A DNA stretch of 64,000 nt. Origin: an uncultured Candidatus Saccharibacteria bacterium (GTDB lineage Bacteria > Patescibacteriota > Doudnabacteria > UBA920). The notes below the pieces were generated by a model. That model worked only from the letters and a program-made list of their open reading frames with translations. It was not told where the DNA came from and searched no databases. Positions within the stretch are counted from its first letter, which is position 1, and each line of letters starts with the position of its first letter. The stretch is taken from assembly GCA_964512925.1 (NCBI GenBank), contig CAZEKH010000003.1:80772-144771 (forward strand). Reading direction: 5' to 3'. The translations under genes were made by a program, and so were the position numbers. Below, piece by piece: positions 57,575 to 64,000 of this stretch.

Positions 57575-58680
57575 TGGTTTTTAGTTAAAACCTTTAATGT
57601 CTCTTCAGCGCATTTTTTCCAGGAAAAATCTTTAAGTCTCATAGGTCCTTTGTCTGAAAGTTTTTGGGCAAAACTTTTATCAAGCAAAACCGCCTTAATG
57701 GCATTTTTTATTTCCTGGATATTTTTCGGGTCAAAATACACAGCCGCCTCCCCGGCCACTTCTGGCATACTGGAAATATTGGACGTTGCAACTGGCACAC
57801 CAACAGAGAACGCTTCCAAAATCTGCATACCAAACCCTTCATAAAAAGATGGCAAGACCAACAAATCCGCATTTTTCATAATTTCCATCCGATCGGAATC
57901 GCTGATATGGTTTAAATATATAACAAAATCTTTATTTTGTTCAATTTGTTCCAATATATTGCCGAATTTCCATCCTGGTTTCCCTACAACCACGAGCTTA
58001 TGCTTTATCTCCGGATTTTCGTTTTTTAAAAGTTTAAATGCGTCAATCAAACCTTCCAGATTTTTTCTGGGCTGTAAAGTTGAAAGAAACAAAACGTATT
58101 TAATATTATGTATTTGGTATTTTACAGTTACATCTGCCGTTAGCTCCTTTGAATTTAAATGATTATTAGCGATTTCTTCAAACCCGTGGTAAATAACATT
58201 AATATTTTCATTTTTTATGTTATAAAATTTTAAAATATCTTTTTTAGTGCTTTGTGAGACCGCGATGATTTTGGCCGCATTTTTTACCGCGAATCTCGTT
58301 GACCACTCCAAAAAATTCCTATTAAACCAGGTAAAAGTTTTTGGAAAAAATTTCCAAGCTAAATCGTGGATTGTGACAACTGACATTTTCGGGTGAAGAA
58401 GAGGCAGAGCCGAGGCGGGTATAAACAAAACATCCGGTTTATGCCAAAACATCTCCCAAGACAAACGGATTTGCGTCCAAAAAACCGGAAACGGCATTAT
58501 CTTCAAAGTAAAATTTTCCGGCAAACTTGAAAACCAGGCTTCAGGCCTGGTTCTTAAATACAAAACATACTTATTCTGCCTGTCAATTTCCGCCAAATGC
58601 AAGATTAATTGCTTTGCATAATGCTCAACGCCGGTTTTAACAGGGTTATTTGCTCGTTCAGCTTCTATGCCAATGATCAT
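57571..58680 (-). CDS. glycosyltransferase family 4
   Basis: VTIHDL, QPRKN, PSFYEGFGMQILEA. Confidence 0.9.
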   Translation of the reverse strand: MIIGIEAERANNPVKTGVEHYAKQLILHLAEIDRQNKYVLYLRTRPEAWFSSLPENFTLKIMPFPVFWTQIRLSWEMFWHKPDVLFIPASALPLLHPKMSVVTIHDLAWKFFPKTFTWFNRNFLEWSTRFAVKNAAKIIAVSQSTKKDILKFYNIKNENINVIYHGFEEIANNHLNSKELTADVTVKYQIHNIKYVLFLSTLQPRKNLEGLIDAFKLLKNENPEIKHKLVVVGKPGWKFGNILEQIEQNKDFVIYLNHISDSDRMEIMKNADLLVLPSFYEGFGMQILEAFSVGVPVATSNISSMPEVAGEAAVYFDPKNIQEIKNAIKAVLLDKSFAQKLSDKGPMRLKDFSWKKCAEETLKVLTKNQ

Positions 58681-58686
58681 AAACTC

Positions 58687-59006
58687 TTATATTTGCCTTG
58701 CCAGCCCAGCAAATTGATTAAAATATTTTTCCAAATTTTCCGCGTTTTTTATACTCATTTTTTTTAAAGTAAATATCAGCAAATAATTCTTTGGATATAT
58801 ATCTCCTTTTTTCTCAAATGATTTTTTTTATCAGCTATGGTTGCGTCAAAAAGTTCTATTGCTCGTAAAAAAGCCGATTCTGACCTTAGAGGGATATTTT
58901 GTGTTTGCCATTTTAAAGCTCTACCAACCTCGCTGAGCACATTGGCCAACTGCATATAAACAGACAAGCTTTCCCATTTTTCTTTTAATATTAAATCGTT
59001 ATGCAT
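58687..59006 (-). pseudogene. small helical protein gene with two frameshifts
   Basis: QLANVLSEVGRAL...ELFDATIAD, continuing as ELFADIYFKKNEY and ENLEKYFNQFAGLARQI* in shifted frames. Confidence 0.55.
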
Positions 59007-59023
59007 TTATCCAAATAATGATA

Positions 59024-59251
59024 TTATTTGATGCTTCTCTGGGAATTTAAATCAACATTTTTCATATGCCTGTTCTGGGAAAAGCCACTTCCCGGCCTTA
59101 AGTCGGACAACTGTTCGTCAAGCCCAGAGTTATAGATAATCCAAACCAACCCGCCTCCGACTATTGCCGAAACAACAGCAATAAAAATTATAGGCCAAAT
59201 GCCTTGTCTTAAAAAAGGTTTGCGTTCAACAGCAATTTGTTTATTTTCCAT
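59024..59251 (-). CDS. small membrane protein
   Basis: One TM helix. Confidence 0.6.
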   Translation of the reverse strand: MENKQIAVERKPFLRQGIWPIIFIAVVSAIVGGGLVWIIYNSGLDEQLSDLRPGSGFSQNRHMKNVDLNSQRSIK

Positions 59252-59276
59252 ATGTTTATTTTAAATATTTGTATTT

Positions 59277-59711
59277 TTATTTTACCATATTTTTAAGGAT
59301 AATAGAAGTTTTGTATTTTCCTGAGAAATAAGATTTAAGCCTGTAAATTTTAGGCCGTGCGCCAAGACCTGCTAAAAGTTTTTTTAGGCCTTTTACATAA
59401 GCTTTTTGATCATAACCAAGAGCAATAATTTGAGGGTCTTCTTTTACTATATGATTCAAATAGTTTACTTTGGCCCCCAAAAGTGCCCGATCCACCAAAC
59501 TGCAGCTTCGGACATTTTGTAGCCGTTTTTTGTCATTATTAATCGGCTTATGTTTTTTGATTTTTTTTACATTGACTCCCCTAGCGACAGAAACGATCAA
59601 AAATGGGCTTTTTGACAAAGCGCGAGCCTGTTTAAAAAAATTAAGATGTCCTTTATGCAAAACATCAAATGTCCCGAAAACCATAATTTTTTCTTTTATA
59701 GTCTTCATCAA
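59277..59711 (-). CDS. cytidylyltransferase-like / RibL-type FAD synthase
   Basis: FGTFDVLHKGH, IALGYDQ. Confidence 0.8.
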   Translation of the reverse strand: MMKTIKEKIMVFGTFDVLHKGHLNFFKQARALSKSPFLIVSVARGVNVKKIKKHKPINNDKKRLQNVRSCSLVDRALLGAKVNYLNHIVKEDPQIIALGYDQKAYVKGLKKLLAGLGARPKIYRLKSYFSGKYKTSIILKNMVK

Positions 59712-61141
59712 TTATTTTTTAAAAATGATTTTATAAAAATCAAATCTTCGCGGTTAAAAAATTTAGCCATATACAAACCGAGAGCATAGACAAAAACTCC
59801 CAGCGGGAGAACGAAGATCAAAGGTTGGGCGACAAAATAATATATAACTATTCCCATTAACAATGAAGCAAAAAAGGGCTTGCCAACATACTTAAAAAAA
59901 GAAAAATCCGTAATTTTGGTTTTTACAAAATAAAAATAAAAAATTGCTTGGATACTTTCCGATGCTACTGTCAAAAAAGCCGCCGCCAACACTCCGTATT
60001 TGGGAACTAAAATAATATTACCTATTATATTAAACAGCATATTCGCGCCCGTGATCGCCGCGGCTTTTTTGGTTTGTTGGGATATAACCAGCGAATTAAC
60101 CGGTATATACACAAACAAAATAGCAATCGCCCAAACCAAAACCGACAAAACCGGAGCTGAAGCGGCAAAATCCTTTCCCGCAACCAAAAGCACCAGAGGC
60201 TTAGCCAGCACAAAGCCGCCTACCGCCAACGGCAAAGCCACTGCTATCATCAGCCTTAAATATTTTTCCAAAGTCTCCCGCGCTTTTAAAACCTGCCCTC
60301 CGGCCACCAAAGCGGCAAAAATCGGAAATAAAATATGGGAAACCGAAGCCGGAAAAAAATTCAACAAATCCACGAATTTATATGCGGCTGTATAGATGCC
60401 GGTCTGTGCATAGCCTGTAAAATGGGAGATTATAACCACATCAATCCTGTTATAGATTGCGCTAAAGCCCGCCAGCAACGCAAACGGCCAGGCAGAGGAC
60501 AAAATATTTTTTATATTGCCAAAATGCCAAACCCTTATATTTTTTAAAATCTGCAAGCTGGGAATATGCGCTGTTATAAACCTGCGATACAATACAATAT
60601 CCACGAGCGCAAATACCGGCTGTATAACAGCTAAAAATACAATATACTTTTTTAAAAGCACGGCCAAAAATATCACAGCGATATTGACCAGGGAATTTAA
60701 AAAATTTATGAAAGCGACTTTTTTCAAATCCCCTTTTACAGTCATAACTGACAAAAAAGGAAAGGTTAAAGCGTTCAGACACATCCCCAGACCCGCAACT
60801 GCCACAGCCTGAAAAACAACCATTTCCAAATTTTTTAGCCAAGCGGTAAAAACTAAAGCGGTGAATAAAAAAACAGACAACAAAATTTCAAAGTTTAAAA
60901 AATCCTGAAAATACTCCTTCAGTTTTTCAGGATTTTCGCTCATTTTTTTGGTAATAAACTGCTGTACGCCAAAATCGGAAATTATGCCGAAAATCAACAC
61001 AAAGGACAATACAAACTGGTACTGCCCAGAACCGTACGGACCAAGATATCTGAACAAAACCGCATAAGCAAAAAACAGCATTGCAAGAGCGAGCGCGCGG
61101 GATGCTGACATCCAAAAAATATTTTTTGAAGCGTTGGGCAT
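59708..61141 (-). CDS. Wzx-type flippase
   Basis: RYLGPYGSGQY, DFG, IYNRID, GIYTAA, LVPKYGVLAAA. Confidence 0.9.
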   Translation of the reverse strand: MPNASKNIFWMSASRALALAMLFFAYAVLFRYLGPYGSGQYQFVLSFVLIFGIISDFGVQQFITKKMSENPEKLKEYFQDFLNFEILLSVFLFTALVFTAWLKNLEMVVFQAVAVAGLGMCLNALTFPFLSVMTVKGDLKKVAFINFLNSLVNIAVIFLAVLLKKYIVFLAVIQPVFALVDIVLYRRFITAHIPSLQILKNIRVWHFGNIKNILSSAWPFALLAGFSAIYNRIDVVIISHFTGYAQTGIYTAAYKFVDLLNFFPASVSHILFPIFAALVAGGQVLKARETLEKYLRLMIAVALPLAVGGFVLAKPLVLLVAGKDFAASAPVLSVLVWAIAILFVYIPVNSLVISQQTKKAAAITGANMLFNIIGNIILVPKYGVLAAAFLTVASESIQAIFYFYFVKTKITDFSFFKYVGKPFFASLLMGIVIYYFVAQPLIFVLPLGVFVYALGLYMAKFFNREDLIFIKSFLKNN

Positions 61142-61162
61142 AAGGCAAATCTGCAAAAACCG

Positions 61163-63034
61163 CTACTTGGTTATAACGTCGCCTTTGGCATACGCATCAA
61201 CTTCCGCTTGGGGCAAGTTAGCGACATTTTTAAAACTCAATCTTCGATTTTTAAAAGCCGCCGCTGTAAGCGCCCTAAGCTGGCCTTTTTCCACCAAGTA
61301 CACGGTTTTTTCCTTATCACCAGAAACCAATGCGCCGTTTTTCGGAGGATAAGCTATTCCTTCCGGCCATTCGGCTATCTCGCCAGGACTAAAGAAATAA
61401 TCCGGGGTAATTTTTCTGGTTTTGGCCACATAGGAAGAAATTTTATGCAATGAACCTTCTTTAAACAAATACATTTGTCCGGTTTTGGCATCAGCCAACC
61501 AAGTTACATCTTTTGGCACTGCAAACGAACCAATTGGAATTGAACTGACTTCTTCATCCGCTAAAACTGCAATATTTTTATAACTTAAGCCGCGATTTTT
61601 AAAGATCTCGGAAGAAAACGGGTGTTTAAAACCATTCTCTATCAAATAGACTGTTTGGTTTTTTTCCGACTTAACCAAAGTGCCGTCCAACGGAGCGACA
61701 AAGCCTTGCTTTAGATAAGTATTCAGCTCGTCATCCGGCACCAAGACCACCTGACTGGTTTTTACTTTCCGCTGCTTAAAAGTAAAAGAACTAAAAAGTT
61801 TTAAAGTACTGCCTTCAACCAGGTAAACCGCCTGGCCGATGTTGCCGCGAATTATTGTCCCCTCAGAAGGAGGCAAAACCGCTCCGGTTTCAAACAAAGA
61901 GCCTTCAGCCGCAGAAATGCTCAAAGCCAAAGAATTTAAAAGCCCTCTTTGTTTTAAAACAAATTCCGAAGCAGGGTATTTGATGTTGTTTAAAAATACG
62001 TATTGCTTCGGGTCCTGATCAATCTTTACAATAGTGTTATCAGCAGGTCCATAAACTTTGCTATCCGAATATGCGGAAAGCTCCGTTGGCGAAACAATAA
62101 TTTTTTTGCTTAAATCCAAAGTTCTGGCTTTTACCACAAAATCCGGAACAAGTTGTTTTAAGCCGTTTTGAATAATATAAATTTTTGAATCCGAAGCCAA
62201 AGAAAGAAGCGTGCCGTTCGGATATTTAAACCATTCTTGAAAATATTTCCAGAAATTATAATTGCCGTTAAAAACGTGAGGCGTATAGCGGTATAAAGCT
62301 GCGGTAGCTTTGTTTGACAGTGTGACTGATTGGCTAGGCTGGGCATTGTAAGGCTCGCCGGTAGTGTTTTCTATAATAACAGTTTCGCCCACCTGGGCTG
62401 CACGGCCATTGTATAAAGGACCCCTGCCGTTGGGTGATGAATAAGACTTAACCAATGACCTGGCGGCCCCCAAATACCTGTTGCCTTGCGAGTCAAAATT
62501 CCCAAAAAGCTGAAAGTAAAAACCTGGCAAAACATCCCCGCATCCCCCGCTGTCAGGACAAGCAAAACCCAAAGCCGCATTTAAGATTTTTTGCAGTTTT
62601 TCCGGCGGAACATTGGAATGGTTTGTAATCAATCCTTGTTCTTTTTGCAAAGTCACGAGTATCACCTGTGGGTTTAAACCGCTTTGTAAAGAAGCATCCC
62701 AAATCAGCTCGGCCGCTGTCCTTAGCCTTCCCAAGTTTGGCCGCGGATCCTCCAAACCCTCTTTTAAAATAGTGGCGGTCGGTTCTTTAAGCATAACTAA
62801 AAAAGCCGGATCCGTATTTGCTAAAACAGATTTTTTATTTTCTAAAAACTTTTGTATGCCTTCAGGACCGCCAAAAGTTTTAGTGTCAACAAAAACCCCG
62901 TCTTCTATCAGCTTGTTAGGGTTAAACAGCGGATCAACTGTCTGCGCCAAAACCAAGGTTGGAGCTTGAACAAGTAAAAAAGAAAAAAAATATACTAGAA
63001 GTTTTTTGATTTTGAACATTTTTGTTTTTTTCAT
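61163..63034 (-). CDS. secreted protein, lysozyme-like N-domain plus repeated C-terminal modules
   Basis: Signal peptide; LNPQVILVTLQKEQGL, GFACPD, TAALYRYTPH; repeats of GTL...VYLIE.G.K. Confidence 0.65.
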   Translation of the reverse strand: MKKTKMFKIKKLLVYFFSFLLVQAPTLVLAQTVDPLFNPNKLIEDGVFVDTKTFGGPEGIQKFLENKKSVLANTDPAFLVMLKEPTATILKEGLEDPRPNLGRLRTAAELIWDASLQSGLNPQVILVTLQKEQGLITNHSNVPPEKLQKILNAALGFACPDSGGCGDVLPGFYFQLFGNFDSQGNRYLGAARSLVKSYSSPNGRGPLYNGRAAQVGETVIIENTTGEPYNAQPSQSVTLSNKATAALYRYTPHVFNGNYNFWKYFQEWFKYPNGTLLSLASDSKIYIIQNGLKQLVPDFVVKARTLDLSKKIIVSPTELSAYSDSKVYGPADNTIVKIDQDPKQYVFLNNIKYPASEFVLKQRGLLNSLALSISAAEGSLFETGAVLPPSEGTIIRGNIGQAVYLVEGSTLKLFSSFTFKQRKVKTSQVVLVPDDELNTYLKQGFVAPLDGTLVKSEKNQTVYLIENGFKHPFSSEIFKNRGLSYKNIAVLADEEVSSIPIGSFAVPKDVTWLADAKTGQMYLFKEGSLHKISSYVAKTRKITPDYFFSPGEIAEWPEGIAYPPKNGALVSGDKEKTVYLVEKGQLRALTAAAFKNRRLSFKNVANLPQAEVDAYAKGDVITK

Positions 63035-63060
63035 TGTATAAATATGTTTAAAAATTTAAT

Positions 63061-64000
63061 CTATTTAAGATACGGCTCCCCTTTTGGCAGAGCTTCAAGG
63101 TCAGATGCGGAAACATTAGTTATTTTAAATGCTTTCAACCCTTTGTCCTGGTAAAAACCGGCGTTGATAGGGTGCAAAACTTCATTTACCACCCAAAACA
63201 AAGTTTTACTATTTTGAGCCCTAACAACCACCCCTTCTTCTAAAGGCCAAAAGTCTCCAGTGGGCCAAGAATCCATTTCCTCAAAAGATACTTGCTTCAC
63301 CTGGGAAAAATTATATTTTCTGGACTTAAAAACAGACAAGAGCACCGGGCGCTTTTTTCCTTTTGAAATGACAAATACGGAATTATCGCCAAACTGCTTT
63401 ACTAACGTACCCTCTTTAGGCATAGAAAAATACCCGGTGCTTAAACGGTCTATCTGGTATTGCGGCAAAATTTTTATTTCAGTTTTGGCAAATTTATCGG
63501 CCATCACCCACAAGGAAACAGGACGTTTTTCGCCCCCTAAGTATTCGTACACTTGACCGCCTTTTTCAGACTGCACAAGCTCGCCCTCTTTGGCATTTAC
63601 TCCGATACTAAAATCCGAACTTAAAGCTTTTTGCGCATTTATTCTGCCCTTGCCTAAAAGGCCATTGCAGTTCTGACCTAAGCAATTGGTTAAATTCAGA
63701 TAATCAACAGGGTCGGCTGTTTCAATAATCTTATCCCGGATTTGAGCATTAGTTGCCTGAGGGTAAAGAGAAAACAGCAAAGCCGCCTCTCCGGAAACCA
63801 GCGGCGCGGCCAGCGAAGTTCCAGTGCCGTAAGCGTATGAATTTGAAGCTTTCACTCTGGTTAAAGGGTCAAAATTTATGGAAGACAACATCCTTTTTCC
63901 CGGCGCTGACACATCAATACAATTTTTTCCAAAGTTGGCAAAAGCGGGCTTCTGATCTTTCTCGTCCAAGGCCGTGACACCCAATACCATATTTTGAGTA
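63061..64000 (-). CDS. S8 subtilisin-like peptidase with the same C-terminal repeats (5' end outside window)
   Basis: DVSAPG, GTSLAAPLVSG, GKGRINA. Confidence 0.88.
   Translation of the reverse strand, partial: TQNMVLGVTALDEKDQKPAFANFGKNCIDVSAPGKRMLSSINFDPLTRVKASNSYAYGTGTSLAAPLVSGEAALLFSLYPQATNAQIRDKIIETADPVDYLNLTNCLGQNCNGLLGKGRINAQKALSSDFSIGVNAKEGELVQSEKGGQVYEYLGGEKRPVSLWVMADKFAKTEIKILPQYQIDRLSTGYFSMPKEGTLVKQFGDNSVFVISKGKKRPVLLSVFKSRKYNFSQVKQVSFEEMDSWPTGDFWPLEEGVVVRAQNSKTLFWVVNEVLHPINAGFYQDKGLKAFKITNVSASDLEALPKGEPYLK

Overview
A chromosomal window from an AT-rich bacterium, probably Patescibacteria/CPR (inferred from the general lack of Shine-Dalgarno motifs, a short AlaRS and CPR-like gene content; not proven). 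Nearly all genes are on the minus strand. The left flank holds murB, a Mur ligase, murG, a patatin, three GT4 glycosyltransferases, a priming sugar transferase, RNase P RNA and a SIMPL protein. The centre is a ~31.4 kb siphovirus-like prophage (11101-42559) integrated into the last codons of rpsI, bounded by the 12-bp repeat CTTCGCCCACTG, with the phage restoring the ...QWAKR* end. The right flank holds infA-rpmJ-rpsM-rpsK-rpsD-rpoA-rplQ-rplM-rpsI, a pgi-like gene, alaS, an S41 protease, a second glycan cluster and surface proteins. The main observation is that the prophage has no recognisable CI/Cro repressor. Instead, a near-consensus promoter at the left end would be joined to the early genes only after excision, terminator/antiterminator-like leaders precede the early, late and integrase genes, and DnaA-box-like 9-mers sit at three phage promoters. 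Other highlights: a (R/W)S-dipeptide micro-protein beside a DUF6948-like gene, a moron encoding a stand-alone copy of the portal's MuF domain, and palindromic elements inserted in frame in host genes. All family assignments are by eye; no database searches were run.
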